Shown: positions 1-17,358, numbered from the stretch's first letter. The stretch is DNA of 64,000 nucleotides from Cystobasidiomycetes sp. EMM_F5 (GCA_051047955.1 JBPGPT010000003.1:744001-808000); one strand, 5' to 3'. A program made the numbers and translations. The notes: generated by a model from the letters alone, not told the origin.

Positions 1-953
1 CGGTCCTCACACAGGCCGAAAAGCTCATGGCGTCTCTCGAATGCGATAATGACTACGATTCCGACCGCGATACTTCAATGGACGAAGGAGACGATTCTTA
101 CGGCAGCGACTCTAGTCTCGAAACCCCCGTGTCTTCATCCCTTCCTTCGTTGGCCGGCTCAGAGTACAAAGCATCCTCTTCATTCCCCTTTCCGCCGCCG
201 CAGATACCGATGCTATGTATCCCCAGGCCGTTGCAGCGAATATCGTCCTGCGACTTTTCTCCGAGGCCGCTTACCGATGAGGAATGTATCACCCCGGTCG
301 ACGATTGCCTCGAACGTCAACTGTCAGCGACCTGCTCGTCTGAATCCCTCACTCCCAAGGCATCCTGCTGTGCCACCTTCGATTCTGTCGACCCATTCTC
401 ACGAGATATGAAGGCAGTCGCTAGTAGCTCATCTACCATGCTGCGGTCATTCTCTGCCCCCGTCAGAACATTAATGGAGTTTCAAGGTCTGCAACAGCGA
501 TGGAATGCAGAAGCTACAGCAGCGCGAATAAGTGCAAAGGGAAAGGAACGAGATCATCGTGATAGCCTCAAGTCAACCTACCCCATTTCTCAAGCTGTGT
601 TCGGCGACGGCGTAGTTCCAGCTCGCAGATCGCACGACGATCTTACTCTCGCGAGCGAGCAAGCTTACGACGCAGACGGCAACGGCGAAAGCATCAGTGA
701 CAATTACTCTTCACGCGAGAAGTACCTCTCGCCAAACAAAAAGCACAACCGCTTCAAACGGTCTCGTTTCGCCGACGAGGGTCACAATCATCCCATTCGG
801 CCTGCCTTCCGCCAGGTCTCATCGGCTACCAACCTGCCTACTATACATGAGCCGGTATCACCGACGCACAACCAATGCGAGAGCCCCACAAAAGTTTCCA
901 AGCGCCCTGGCTTCAATCGCCATTTCACGATGCCTACATTTAGCTTTGAATAA
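1..953 (+). CDS. 3' part of a Ser-rich, probably disordered protein of unknown function (likely truncated by the window edge)
   Basis: The reading frame is open from base 3 (VLTQAEKL-MASLEC...) to TAA at 953, over 300 codons. No family motif recognised. Confidence 0.55.
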   Translation, partial: VLTQAEKLMASLECDNDYDSDRDTSMDEGDDSYGSDSSLETPVSSSLPSLAGSEYKASSSFPFPPPQIPMLCIPRPLQRISSCDFSPRPLTDEECITPVDDCLERQLSATCSSESLTPKASCCATFDSVDPFSRDMKAVASSSSTMLRSFSAPVRTLMEFQGLQQRWNAEATAARISAKGKERDHRDSLKSTYPISQAVFGDGVVPARRSHDDLTLASEQAYDADGNGESISDNYSSREKYLSPNKKHNRFKRSRFADEGHNHPIRPAFRQVSSATNLPTIHEPVSPTHNQCESPTKVSKRPGFNRHFTMPTFSFE

Positions 954-1194
954 CAGCAAAGTGCTGCCTGTAATGACGTAGCTTGACGTACTGCCTAATC
1001 ACGTAAGAAAGTATGTAATTTGGAGCCCTTGGCCCATGCGTATTCGCAAGGCGCAAACAATAAACGTTCATAGGCCGTTGTGATTGGGATTTGGAAGGGT
1101 GATGAGACAACATGCCGACAGTTATATTCAGCACAACATGATTCGTACTGTCCCAAAGACGCACGGGATGAAGTAAGGGACACCAAGACTAGCT

Positions 1195-2250
1195 CTACTT
1201 CTCCTCATATGGATATACCAATCTATCGTCTTTGCGCCTCCAAACCTTCTTCCTGTTATTGATTGCACATGTTGTGAAATCAGCTGAGGCCCACACCACT
1301 AACGCTCTGCATCGTGCTCAACCTACTTCTTCTTCGTCATGACGTGCTCGCCCCATACTTCAGCGCAGTACTTGGTCTTGAATTCCCGTATAAAGCGAGG
1401 ATCCCTGTTTGAGGAATACGTCAGACCGACGTGCGAGGTCAGCACACCGAATGTACTTACCATAGTTCACTCGCTATCCCGAGGTCTTTACAGCATCTCA
1501 GCAGGGCATTGCTTTTGCACCCTTCCGTAGCCGTCGGAATGCCAGTCTGATCAAAGTAATCTTGTTCGCCGCGAGCAACGCTGACCAGCCGACCGAGGCA
1601 GACTAGAGCATACTCCCGCGACACCACCTTGCTCGATACGTGCGTCTCACTCCGAGGCGCCAGACCCCATCCTCCAGGCCCGAATGCTCGGTTCAATATA
1701 CGACGATACTTGATTTCCGGCAGATAGAGTAGCCCATCTGTGTAATAGTCAGTGGTGTTTTGTTCTAGTCTGGGCTGTATCGCCCATACGCAAATCGTTT
1801 AAGTGGCGTAGACATACCAGGCTTCACTTCTATGTCGAGAGGATCTATGGGAGCTTGAAGCACCTGCGCAGCTTCCTTTCGGAAAGGCTCGTAACTCAGG
1901 CCATGAAAAGATCGAGACCAGTCGTGGGGTGCTCCGCCCTGAGCCTCCTGTATCCCGAGTTGACCGTCGAAAGCTGACGGTGCAGGTGTTCCCGCTGGAG
2001 CTATACTAGCGGCATCGCCGATAGGCTCACCGTCACCTATATCTTCGGATGACGAGCTCGCTGTACTTCGCGAGGTTGATATAGGCGACGCTGTGTTCCT
2101 ATAGCTTGTAGACGGTCCGCTCGGTGTAGCCGTAGATGGTGGCGACATGAGATCCCAAGCTGCTGCGGTCGAATATCTCCATTGGTGTTGTCTGACATTG
2201 CGATGCACTATGCGAGCGGCGATCGCCGTGCTTTTCCCAATGCTTTGCAT
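1195..2250 (-). CDS. MGM101: Mitochondrial genome maintenance protein Mgm101 (Rad52-like), multi-exon
   Basis: Motifs [10 protein letters not shown]...[65 protein letters not shown] and terminal WRRKDD...YEEK*. N-terminus is Arg/Ser-rich like a presequence. Start could be slightly upstream (~2301-2307). Confidence 0.92.
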
Positions 2251-2448
2251 GTTTCTTTGATCTTTATAATTTGACGCGAAGGCAAGCAACGTCCGCAACA
2301 TATACATGCTGACAAAATGCGCCAACAGATCAAGCCAACAAATTTGTGAAATGCATGCATCGTATACATGCGACATGGACAACAGTGACGGCTTCGACCA
2401 TTCGTACAGACTACCACACCCTTTCTCTCTGCACGTCCACCGTGCTAT

Positions 2449-3310
2449 CTAATCTTTCCTGAACTCAACGCGTTCCACCTTCACTTCCCCATCGATTAGC
2501 TGATATACATAGGTCACCACGTTGTTCGCCTGAAGATCCATAAGAGCAAAACTGGGCGTTGAACCGGAAATGCTGGTAGATGTCAATTTGCGAGGTTGCG
2601 AGGTGTTGGTGTTGGATTCGGTTAGCGCATCAGGCGACTGCAACGACGCATTCGTATCGGAGTTCGGAGACTTTGCTTGATTGCTTGCCAGGGAAGGGGA
2701 GTCCGATGTAAAAGCAAAAGCACCTGTGGCACTGCCTGGATTTATGAAGAATCGGCCTTCGTACTCCAGTGCTTCAAACTTGTGTGTCGACCCCGAGAGC
2801 AGAATATCAACGTCGAGCTTGCGAGCGATGGCAGAGAGTGCTTCGGTGTTTCCGAGCGGAACGACTTGATGACCATGTATCAAGCCTATCCGTAGCGGTC
2901 CATGAGTAATAATTTGGGAGGGTGGTGCGTTCGTCATCTGTAACAATTCAGCCAAGACGTTACGGAAGGAGTGCGTCGTAGTCAGTCAATTTACTTCTTG
3001 CGTTTGTTTGACACCCACCTCGTCCCAGTCGCCCTTGACTGCCCGAACATCACCATTGCATATGCTTCGCAGCCATTCAAGAGTTTCTCCGTCGCAGACG
3101 TTGCCAGTCAAGAGCACCTGCTGAATCTTGCCTGGGACCAGCAATTTCTTGAATTTGGCCGGCAAGTCGTGCGCACGTATTGGGATGTGCAGGTCGCCAA
3201 TGACCAAAACAAGGACTGAATAGCAATCCGTTTGCAATCAGTGCGTGAGCCTCGTCATAACGCATCAGGTGGATTGCATGTGCTGTTTCATTGAGCGACA
3301 ACGTACCCAT
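2449..3310 (-). CDS. VPS29: Retromer subunit Vps29
   Basis: ATG-G|intron|[86 protein letters not shown]. Confidence 0.95.
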
Positions 3311-3430
3311 GCTGATCCGGCGTGGTTCGTGGATGGAGACGAAGCGCGACCGTCATCACATGTGGATTTAATCAATTTACGAATACAACGACAACTAGTG
3401 AAATCGCAGTTAGATGAGAAAGACTCGCTA

Positions 3431-6400
3431 TCAATGCGCAGAGACTGCCGGTCTCCGCCCCGCGTGACGACTAGCTCCCGACTGATTCAAGCCTTGCTCC
3501 CTATACACATCAATGGTGGCGGCATTCGTCGTTCTTTGCGCAGTCCGCTCGCTGTGGATCGCAGATTATGTATTAGCAGTACATCATTATGAATAGTATC
3601 AGCCTCGTCGCGCACCAAATGGAAGTGCCTTCGCGGAAACGCGTCCGGAAAAGAACATTTGCGTTAGTAAACTGTGATATACCACATTAGCAAGTGTAGA
3701 CGGCGCCAACGCTTGAGACCGTACCAGGCCTTCTTTCAATGAGACCACGATGAACTGACTGCCGTGGAATCGCGTTCGGAACAGCTGGCCGATATGCTGA
3801 GTATGACTCAGATCTAGGGCTGCATCCACCTCGTCGAGGATGTACATAGGTGCCGGCTTGAATTGGAGCAGTGACATTATGAGCGACAGCGCAATGAGTG
3901 AACTGTGAATCGGATCTATCAGCCTGCAAGTCGCGGTGGAGTATTCAACGCCACTTGCCGCTGACCGCCAGACAACTCGGTTAAAGATTGCTTCCACACA
4001 GCGCCGAGCTGTACCTTTACTTCCAAACCATCCATGATGGTCGCGTTACCTTCGAGCGGTACCAATTTGGCAAAATTGCCTGGTAGCAATTCGGCGAAGA
4101 TATGCCCGAAATCATGACTGACTTTGGTATGCGTTTTTGTAAGAGCTTCGAGCTTAAACGCGTCGAGCTTAGCGATAGTGTCTTCAATCTTCTTCTTGTC
4201 CTTGACGACTTGCTCGTGATTCTTGATCAGCTCACGCTCTTGCTTCTCGACTTGGTCAATCATTACCATAACCTTGGGATTTATCTTCTTGGCTCGACCC
4301 TGCTGTCGTTGCTCAAGCTCCGAGCGCAGCGTACGAGCCTGTTCCATGTTGTGCAGAGAAAAGTCGTACTGAGTACCCGCTTTGCCGAATGATCTGCAAG
4401 AGCGCGTCAGCCCTGGCATGTGTTTCTGAACGTTTGCGTCAATACGTACGAGCTGTCATCAGTGATCCAGGTGTATTTCTGCTCCAATGCTGCGACTGTC
4501 TGCTGCATCTTTTTACTGTCGGCGGCAAGCCGCTCGGTCTCGTGAAGTAGTTTCTTTTCCTCGGCTTCAAGATTACTCAAATCCGTCTCCTTCCGCCTCT
4601 TCGCCTCATCCAGCTCGTGAAGTTCAGATGCAAAAGCAGACAGGGTCTTCATCTCCTCCTTCAGTTTGTCGTCTGTAGCATCGTGCTTCTGCTGTACTTG
4701 CTTGATAGTACCGTCTAGCGCGTGAAGGTCGGCTTTGCCTTTTTCAACAGCGTTTCTCGCGCCTCCGACGTCGTTCTCGGCACTGCTGATATCCTTGACC
4801 ATTTGCTCTGCATACTCATGTGATTAATCGTTGAATCACAGAATGCAGAAACGCTTTCGGAAAGCCGCCCGCTTACCGAGTTCGAGATCGGCCGTTTGCA
4901 CCTCCTTCTGCATGGCTTTCATCTCGGATGTATGCTTAGCAACAGCCGCCTTTCTTTTCGTGATATCGGCTCTCAGTTCTTCTAGCTTGCTTTCGCGATT
5001 ATTCTTGAACTCGTGCATCTCCTTCTCAAGACGCTGGCATTCGCTAGCGAAATCTGCCTGTGATGCCTTCGCTTTGGCGATGTCATCTTTCAACTTAACA
5101 ATTTGCTGCTTGATGTCTTCGACCTCAGCGATGATCTGTACATATGCAGGGGTATTTTAGACGAGACATCGCTCTGCGTACAGCCGAGACGTACCCGTGA
5201 GGCGCTGCTCTCTGTGACTCGCTGTTCAAGCAGCTTGACTTCGTGGTTCTTCAGGTCCAAATCTCGTTTAGCGGTTTTGTATCGCTCGACGTGCTGCTTC
5301 ATACGACTCCACTCTTCCTCTATGGCATTCAGCGTATTTTTAGCCTCCGCGAGCTGCTTTTCAATGACCTGTAATTCCTGTACTCTGATAAGCACGCCCG
5401 ATGTGCGAGGCTTGCTTCCACCGCTAAGGGTACCCGACGGATCGTAGACATCGCCATCGAGAGTGACGCTCTTTAGCCTAATGTCTTTATGAAAAGTAAC
5501 TGCTTGGGCTGCCTCCGCTGTTGGACAAATGAGGGTACCGCCAAACACGTATTCCATTGCTCGCGAAACATCGGACGAGTAGCCGACAAGACTCAATGCA
5601 AGATTGGCAGTGCCTGCAGAGACCCTGTTGGCTGTTGCCAATTTCTGCCAAAAGAATCGGTCAAGATGGCGTCAGAATGTATAGTCGTCTGACATACCTC
5701 CGCAGACGCTCTGAATGCTTGGATCTGATTGAGCGGGATCATCGTCACTCTTCGCGTCAGCTTGCCATTCTCAAGGAGTTGCGATCCGACTTTCTCGTTC
5801 TCGACAACCACCTATGTCGTACAGGATCAGCAGGGCCAGGAACCGGCATAAAATGCGGATTGACGTACGTTATACATCCTCGAACCGGCGCACACCTCGA
5901 GCGCAGTTGAGAACTTATGATTTTTGGGATCCAGCTCGATCAGCGTGGCTATCAGCCCCTTCACTTTACTCCTGTCAAAATCGCGAGTCGGAGACTGATA
6001 ATCAAAGTCAAAGCCGGCCAAGCCGCTTTTGACTTTATCTCGACGTTCCAGCAGACCCCGCATCTCCTGGCTTGCTTGTTCCCGCTGCCTTCGTATGTCA
6101 TCCTCTCTTGAGTCGTCCCAATCGAGGGTACCAAGTTCGGCTTCGAGCTTTCTTGCAGCATCTCTGGCTCGTTCAAGCTCGCCGACGAGACCGGAGTCGT
6201 CTTTGGCAGCTTGTTTTGCGCGAGGCTCTTTCTGCTTGAGCTCGCGAATGAGGTGTTCGACCCGAGCTTTAGCTTGCTCCGCATCCGCTGACGCCTGAGA
6301 TGATCTACTTTTCGCTTGTGCAATCTGTCCCATGTAGCCAGAATTGACGGACTCTGCGTCTGATGACGAAGAAGATAGGCCAGTAACGAGAGTCTGTAAC

Positions 6401-7990
6401 AGTGCTTCTGCTTGTTTGAGTGCGGCAGTGGATGTATCGCAAGTATTCTTCACGACTGCGAACTTGTCTGATGCCTTCGTACCAAGGACAGACTTCTGCT
6501 CCTTGGCAGTAGCAAGCTCTCTCACAAAAGCTACGAGGTCCAGAACCCGCTGCTCATCGTCATTGACTGTTTGTGTCTTCAGCTCGAGCTGCGTTCTGCA
6601 TTTGGCTAGCTCTTTTGCAAGTTCCTTGACTTGACTCTCTAGAGCCGCAATTTTGCCTCCCTTGGCTTCCTGTTACGCAGCTGATGGTCAGATAATGACT
6701 TCTGAAACTAGTTCAAGATTATAAACAAACCTTGTCGCGCTTTGCTGTGATATCTACAATCTCCTTTTCTATTCTCTTGATCTCCTTGTGAATACGCTCG
6801 GTGATGTTTTTGCCCTCCTTGATCAGATCATGTTTCGCTTCCACCTGCTCGGCAGCTTTCTTGTGCCTGATTTGAGCAATCAGTCTGTCATGCCTCTTTC
6901 TGACAATCTAAGAAAGCGTACTTGGAAGATAAGCTTGTCCACTCGTGGGCGACGACCAGGCGGGAGAGCCGCTCGAATTCGGATTGGGCCTTTTGATACT
7001 CTAGAAACGCGCGCTTCTCTTCCCGTAACCTGTTCAGTTTTGGCTCAATCTCCTCCTTCAGCAAAGACTGAATCTCTTCCATCTTCTTTTCCTTCTTTGC
7101 CATCGTCTTGGTAGCCTTGTCCTTCTTATCCTCAAACATGCTTGTTCCAGCCGCTTCCTCAATCATTCCGAGGATCTCGGCAGGCTTCATGTTCAATACT
7201 TTGGTAATCTTGCCTTGCATGATGAGAAAGTTGGGGTTGTTGATGTTTAGCTGAACAGATTGGAATAGATTCTGCACAGCTTGTTGGGTTGCGCGATGTC
7301 CGCAGATGAGATACTTAGAGATACCTCCCATAGCGACCTACAGTCAGACGAAAGCACTGAGCAAACAGTCGAAGCTTGTTCTGCTGGCAAATCCGCCTAC
7401 CTGTCGCGTCACCGTGACTTGCTTGTCATTCTCAAACCCAACTGGCGCCTTGTCGCGGTCCGAATTGTCAAAGACTATCGTCACAGACGCTTTGGTAATG
7501 CCAGCTTGACCGCGCTTGTAAATAAGGTCTTGCAGGTTCTGGGCGCGGACCTAGAATCATACGTGCATTAGCATGGTGAAACAGCAACCAAGCTGTAATG
7601 GCATACAGCTTGCAGATTCGTAATTCCGAGGACGAAGCATATTGCATCTAGGATGTTGGACTTGCCTGATCCATTCTGCATGTTTACAGAGGGTACAGAT
7701 ATCATCAGAACGGAGTGTCGCATGCGCCGTTGCGTGAACTGACAAGTCCGGTGCTAAAGAGAGCCATAAATTACTACTCAGTATCGCATATCGCTGTTTC
7801 CTCATCGTGTCAAGCCCACATTGCATTGAATGATTTGTCCCATCCCGAAATACTGGTCCGGACGGCTACAGGACAGTAGCAGCGTGACGATGCGTAGCTA
7901 CATTAGCCCTTTCCAGACTGCTATAATCGAGTCGGCGCGGTGCTTACGATACGACTTGAAGCCGTCTAGAATGAGTTCTTCGATTCGCAT
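3431..7990 (-). CDS. SMC2: Condensin ATPase subunit Smc2
   Basis: [14 protein letters not shown] start; spliced Walker [44 protein letters not shown]; hinge [17 protein letters not shown]; signature LSGGQR; Walker [20 protein letters not shown]. Confidence 0.97.
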
Positions 7991-8128
7991 CGTGTCACAA
8001 AAGTATGGCAGCTGTCATAAACAATGGACAGATCACAGCAGTGAGATCATGTATTGACAGTCTTGGTGCATGTCCCCGTTGAGCATTTGTCTGTCACGAG
8101 ATGGGCCATACTCGAACGTTGTTTACCG

Positions 8129-8151
8129 ACGCGTCAAGCGGCGACTCGCGT
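8129..8151. promoter_or_regulatory. Two MCB-like elements (ACGCGT and TCGCGT) about 140-160 bp upstream of SMC2
   Basis: ACGCGT at 8129-8134 and TCGCGT at 8146-8151. Such elements are typical of MBF-regulated cell-cycle genes in fungi, but the motifs are short and may be chance. Confidence 0.35.
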
Positions 8152-8368
8152 GATCGGAAGTGCACTTTGGCCGTCAAGGCCAACGCAGCAGCTCAAACAG
8201 TATTGTACTGCTCTAATGTGAAGGTCTACACTGCTTCAAAAATGTACAAGAAGTTGCTAGTGGGAGAATAGCTGAGATCGGAAACTGCGAGATCGTGTCA
8301 AGCAAACCATGTACATACACGAGTCATTCTACATCATGCAAGGAAAGGCAGAGTGCGATCTACGCTCC

Positions 8369-11685
<3,317 letters not shown>

Positions 11686-12205
11686 CTGTGCGAGTACCTA
11701 GTGGAATGGAATGGGAAATCCAGCAGTGCCAGGGAGTGAGGAGGCAGTATGGCAGACTTGTACACCGATATAGATCAGACTGTGCCATTCATGGCTGCCA
11801 TCAAAGCTGCTCGCTCTAGGATAAAGGCTGCTAATCCCCGATCGGCTTCGTGGACAGCTGCTGCTGCAAGTCCATGGTTCAGGCGCGCACCAGCTGCTGA
11901 TTTGACAACTCGGCCCTTTACACGGAGCCTTGTCCTAGTCAACTAATTCCATGTCGGTCGAGCACAAAATGGCCGATATGTTAATAGCACGTTGACAAGC
12001 TGGACTAGAGCAATAATTGCCAGAGAAGAAGCCAGAGGGAGCACTTTGCAATGGAGAGCCGGTATACTTAAGCTTGTGATAGTATGCGCTTGTCAAACCA
12101 TGTCAAGATGTTCTTGCTTGTTACGCTGATTACGGGAATCGACATGCCCATTGAGCGTGTAAACTGCCTTCGCTTAACTTTTGACACAACACATACGCAC
12201 ACAAC

Positions 12206-14034
12206 ATGGTCCAGCGCGAGCGAGAGGTTCGCAATGCGGCTCGCAGAGAGCACCTGCACCAGCAGTCCAAGAAGGACAAGCGCAAGGCAAAGCTGCAACG
12301 TCGTATGGATCTGAAAAAGGCAGAGAGGAGTGATGCGGCGGGCCAGTTGAGAGCACAGAGGCTGGCGACGAATGTTCCGAGAACGATTGAGAATACGAGG
12401 GAATGGTTGGGTGGGGAGGACGCTGTAGAAGAGCAGAGCGATGCAAATTCAGTCGACGAGGACGATGAATCCTACGACGAAAATATCGATAGTGATGTCG
12501 ACGAGCAAGCTCGGAAAGCAAAGACTGCTGCCAAAGGAAAGGGAAAGGCAGTAAATGACGACACTGCAGATACCGGTGACGCTAGGACTCGTCCAGTGCG
12601 AATCAAAAGTGGGACTGGCGAGGATGGGGATGACCTGGTACTCGACATGGCAGGGCTGGAAGATCTATTCCCTCCGTCCACAGTTGACGATGCTCTCAAC
12701 GCGGACGGAAGTATCCCACCCCCAAAACCCATACTCCTCACTACGTCTCCTCGTCCGCATAACCAAACATATTCCTTTCTGCAGGAATTTGGTAATCTTC
12801 TGGGAGGGAAAAAGTATGCTCACTTCCTGCCAAGAAAGCACGCCAGGTTTGAGCTGTCAAAAGTGTGCGGCTGGGCTGTCAAGAGAGGGTACGGCGCAAT
12901 CGTGGTTGTCGGAGAGGATCAGCACGACGAGCCGGGTATGCCACATGAGCTTCAACACATGCGACATGCTAACGGTAATCTCTGCAGCCACCATGACCAT
13001 ATCCATGCTGCCAGACGGGCCATGCGCGCACTTCCGCCTAACGTCAATCGCCTTGCACAGACAGATTACAGTAGGCACTCGTCACCCCAATCCGTACGCT
13101 CGACGCAATCACTGAACTGACTATCATCTAGGGCTCTGCAAATCCCACTTCTCACATCCCAGAACTTGTGCTTTCCAACTTTTCAACCCCACTAGGCCTG
13201 TCGACCGGTCGACTCTTGCAATCTCTCTTCCCACCTCTTCCCCAGATCATCGGTCGACAAGTAGTAGCGGTACACAATCAGCGCGACTACATCTTTTTCC
13301 GTCGATTCCGATACATGTTTGCGTTGCGCGAGACGGAGGCGTCGAGGAAAGCTGCCAGAGATCAGGGAAGGGACGAGCATCTAAGGACGAGAATGCAAGA
13401 GATTGGACCGAGGTTCACGATGAAGTTGAGGTGGATCAAGAAGGGAGCTCTGGCGGAGGGCAATAGTCGAAGAGTCGGCAATGAGGGGCTGTTCAAGGGC
13501 TTGGATTTGACTGTATCTGCATCTGGCAGCGCGGAGGATGGTGCAGTGGAGGAGGACTTGACGCAACAAGAACAGGATGACGAAGCTCAGGCACAAGCGG
13601 AAATGTTGCTGCAAACAGGCGAGATGATGGCGGCTCATCTGAATGCTTCAGCTGGGCAACTAGGCGAGGAGGTGGCCGAGTCTAACGCACCGTCCGCTGG
13701 ACAGCGTGCCACTACCGCGGTCTCCGAAGATCCCATCGCTGACAACGATGCTGCCGTCACGCAGAGAATGCATTCGAAACTTCCCGTCATTGAGCGAAAC
13801 CGACCACCTCGAACACACGACGCAGAAGGTCGAATTATGATACCTACATTCGAGCTGCCTACAGAGATACCGAGAGATGAACTGCCGCATCATCGTAAGC
13901 TCAAGAAAGGTGCGAGCGTGCTCGATAGTCTGGCTGCACACGTCGGGTACGGGAGAGGCGGCACAAAACGCAAAGCTATGGAATGGGAATGGTCACCGAG
14001 AATGAACGTCAGCAGGCGCAAGTTTGCTTTGTAA
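12206..14034 (+). CDS. RPF1: Brix-domain ribosome biogenesis protein, Rpf1-like
   Basis: [82 protein letters not shown], terminal RRKFAL*. Confidence 0.92.
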
Positions 14035-14131
14035 GGCGCAGGGCGAGGCGAACCTCCTATATCACTTTGCTATGGTGGACTTTCTCAAATAACAGGGTCA
14101 AGCGTGTGGTAATGGCTACTGCTGAACAGTA

Positions 14132-15068
14132 TCAAATCGCGCAAACGGTCAATGAGGCAATTTCGGCCAGCACTTTGTTAATTGGTGCTGTATTCGAAAT
14201 CTGACACAAAACTATTCCATTTCGAGTGCGTCTTGGATGGTCCAGTCGTCTTGTCAGCATCTTCCGTGATCACTACTTGCGATGCTATCATGGATACGTC
14301 ATTCGTCGAGAGTGTCAAGGTTGTATCCGTAAACTGCTGAACCTGGAAACATTTTGTGTTCGATGATTAGCATCGCCGGATCCCTTCATAAAATTGGCTC
14401 TTGCTACTTACTAATACACATTCCCATTTCCCTTCCTTGAGCTTACACTTGATGGCATCTACGTATGTTTAGACATCAGAGTTTCTCCGCATACTGATGG
14501 TCAGCAGAGTGACTCACTTTCATTTTCGCCTGCCACAAGCTTCTCCTTGAGCTTTTTCTCCTTGCTATCGAGCTTCACTGCATGACGAAGGGACGCTCAG
14601 CACTCGTATAGAAAATTGAAACCCCTTTCATCAATTCTGGCAGTGCGAGGGTGACAACCAGGCCTGCCAGCGCTACGCGAAGGACAGAAATCACTCACGG
14701 TCCCATAGTAGAGTCGTTGAAGATCTGCCAACGGCTTTCTCTGCACTAGCTATCAAGCCATCGTCAATGAGATCTTGCACAAGGGTAATCTTATTTAGAG
14801 CTGGCAAAGCCAAGCTTTTTGCTGACTTGAAGGCGTTTCTTAGGTTTGCAATCTGCCAGATGCTGGTAGTGATCAATTCCGTCGACTCTGCCGTAGACTT
14901 CTGGCTATTGCCTCCCCCTCGTCCGTTTTTTCTCGCCAACAGGTATGGATGTGGAGCCGGAGTCGGACCGGGAATGGCAAGCGGAGCTGCAGAACATGCC
15001 AGCATGCTGACTTCGAACACCAAGACCAGCTTGGCGATATATACGTGCACCTGTGCATGCAGTCTCAT
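14132..15068 (-). CDS. Secreted protein, array member A (unknown family)
   Basis: Hydrophobic N-terminus ending ...MLACSA-APL. Spliced via GT-AG introns to a 47-nt exon (14412-14458, NAIKCKLKEGKWECVL) and a last exon containing KWNSFVS, ending at TGA 14132. Confidence 0.7.
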
Positions 15069-15292
15069 AACTCGACTCTGTCGTCACGAGCTTGACGTAG
15101 ATTACCGTGAATCTTCATTCGGTGAGGTGTCTGCGGTGTAAATGCTGTTCGCCGGCGATGTATGATCACAGGAACCGTGATGGGACAGACTTCGCACTCG
15201 ATGCCTCAATGCACTGAGAGTACGGGCGAGATACAGGCAGGAACAGTAGGACCTTTCCACGTCTCAAATTCCGTCAACATATCTTCAATTTA

Positions 15293-16067
15293 CTATGTCG
15301 TGTTTCTAGCTAGCTTATCAGCGTCCGATTTTAAGGCGTCCCTTGCTTGTACCTGTAACGAATTAACAGGAGTTGCTGTGATCGTAATGCTGCTACCCGT
15401 TATTGATGCCGTCCCGATCTTGGATATCCATGTCTTTTTGGGTTGGGCTGCAATATTAGCCTGAGAGAATCGGGTTGATTAGCTTATTCACATCCTCTGT
15501 ATATACACCTTGTACGGACCAGTGTGCACGCCCCTATGGAGCCTGAGAGCTTGCACTCTATTATTCCTGCATTGCGCAATCAGAATTAGCCACGTACACA
15601 GCTCTGTCCGTTGTGGTACCAACCTGCCATAGTCGGGTTCGCTTTTCGAACGAAACTACCAAAGCCCTCAACCAAGTTTGACTTGTTATAAAGCAGATAA
15701 TCTATATTCGGAGCGTGTCAGCAATACAAACAGGTCGATGTACAGCACAATTCTTACTAGCAATCGTCACAGTGTTGGTTACAGATCCAGTAACTACAGG
15801 CATCGGGCTTTGCGCGACTATAAACGTATAGCCATTCTGGAGCTTGCTGACAGATATACTGGCGCTACCCAGATCGCTGAAATAGCCGAGAGAGCTCACG
15901 CCAAAGACTGCAGGGTCGGGCCGACCCCAAATGGCGACTTGGGTTGTCTTTGCAACAGAGATGGCACGATGTACATTGGGAGCAGCGGTTCGACTAGGAA
16001 AGGGTGCAGCAGTGGTGATCTGAAGGGCAGGCAGGGCTAGAAGTATCAGCGGCAATAGCATTTTCAT
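15293..16067 (-). CDS. Secreted protein, array member B (unknown family)
   Basis: Signal peptide MKMLLPLILLALPALQITTA; VAIWGRP; 47-nt exon 15520-15566 (GIIECKLSGSIGACTL); last exon ANIAAQPKK...ARNTT*. Confidence 0.75.
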
Positions 16068-16443
16068 GGTTTGAAGGGAAATTGGAGAGAGGATATACTC
16101 TGAAATGAAAAGGCTAGTAATAAACGCGGAGACTTCAGAAGGAGCACGCTGTCACGCTGCAATCATGTCTACCAGGATTGCACCGTCAGTGTCGTTGCGG
16201 CACTGGTCCTGTTGTGGCAGTGCATCACGTCACCGCAGTCAGATTCGACCGTACTGGAGCTGGACTTGCAGACTTCCGCGGTGTAACATTCTGATCTGTG
16301 AAGCGGGAGAAACAGGAGTACACTATTCATCGCGAAAAGTATTGCATAATTACCCGCCTTCAAGGCTGCTTAGATAAATGCAATACAATCAGAAGACAAG
16401 CGGGTATGCCTGAGTCATCGACTACTGGAGAGGATGATTGAGT

Positions 16444-17358
16444 TTAGCTCATTCTGGCAGGTGCCGCAGTTCGCCTCGGCAGGTCAGCAGTTGGCGCATT
16501 ACGAGCGCGCTTGGCAAGAGTCTCGTCTTGATGCTGTTGCACCTTGCGCCCGTGCAGCTTCTCGCGACCGTCTCTCAGCGATCGCTTCTCGTTCGCGCCG
16601 ACGGCAGTATCAACGAAGTTCGCCCATGCTCCAGCCTGGTCTGAACCGACATACGTTGCGATCACTGAGCTGATGGTCGCAGCTAGATCCGTCCTCTTGT
16701 CTTGTACACTACTGCCGTTCCAATCATACTGATAGTATACATGTGTCAGTAAATGCCTGGTGCGGATAGGAGAGGGAATGAGCAAAGTATTTACTAAGGT
16801 ACAGGGTGCTGACGAAGGGTCGGTGAAAGAACATTCCAGCATGTCTGCAGCGACTTCGTTTAGAGCAAAGAGGCAGCAGTACTAACGAACCCGACGCACC
16901 GAGCATTTCTTGCGGATTGCCCTCCTCGTCGACCACTGCCAAAGCTTCCCACATGTAGGTCATCGTGCCGAACGTCGCATAAACAGCGATATCTAGATTT
17001 AAGACAAGCTCGTCAATTGGGGAAGATTTCATGACTTTCGGAACGAACCTCCAAGAGAGACCGGTGCTGTTGCTTCCGCTGACAGTTTGGCAGAGCCCCA
17101 CATGAAAGCTCCTGTAAGATAGCTGTATACAAAGCCTGCTTTGTTAGCTAATTCATCGGGGTTGATGATGAATTGGCCAGCAGGTCTCCAATAGCTGATG
17201 GTCGTTACACTGGTAGTGGGGTAGGTGGTCTCTGCTGAGCTGCGCTTGTCGAGTAATTTGACTGCACGTCTCGATACGGTAGGAGTGACCGTGTCTGCAG
17301 CTACAGAGTGCAATGCCAAACCTGCAATAAGGGAAACGGCCAGGAGTACGTGAGGCAT
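16444..17358 (-). CDS. Secreted protein, array member C (unknown family), 3 introns
   Basis: Signal peptide MPHVLLAVSLIAGLALHSVAA; KR site; ISYWRPAGQFIINP; EMLG|DMLECSFTDPSSAPCTL|YDWNG; tail with KR sites. Clearly paralogous to 17879-18711. Confidence 0.85.

Noticed and set aside
2560..2710. Ser/Thr-rich insertion in Vps29
   Set aside because: Falls in a loop that is variable in fungal Vps29 proteins; not novel.
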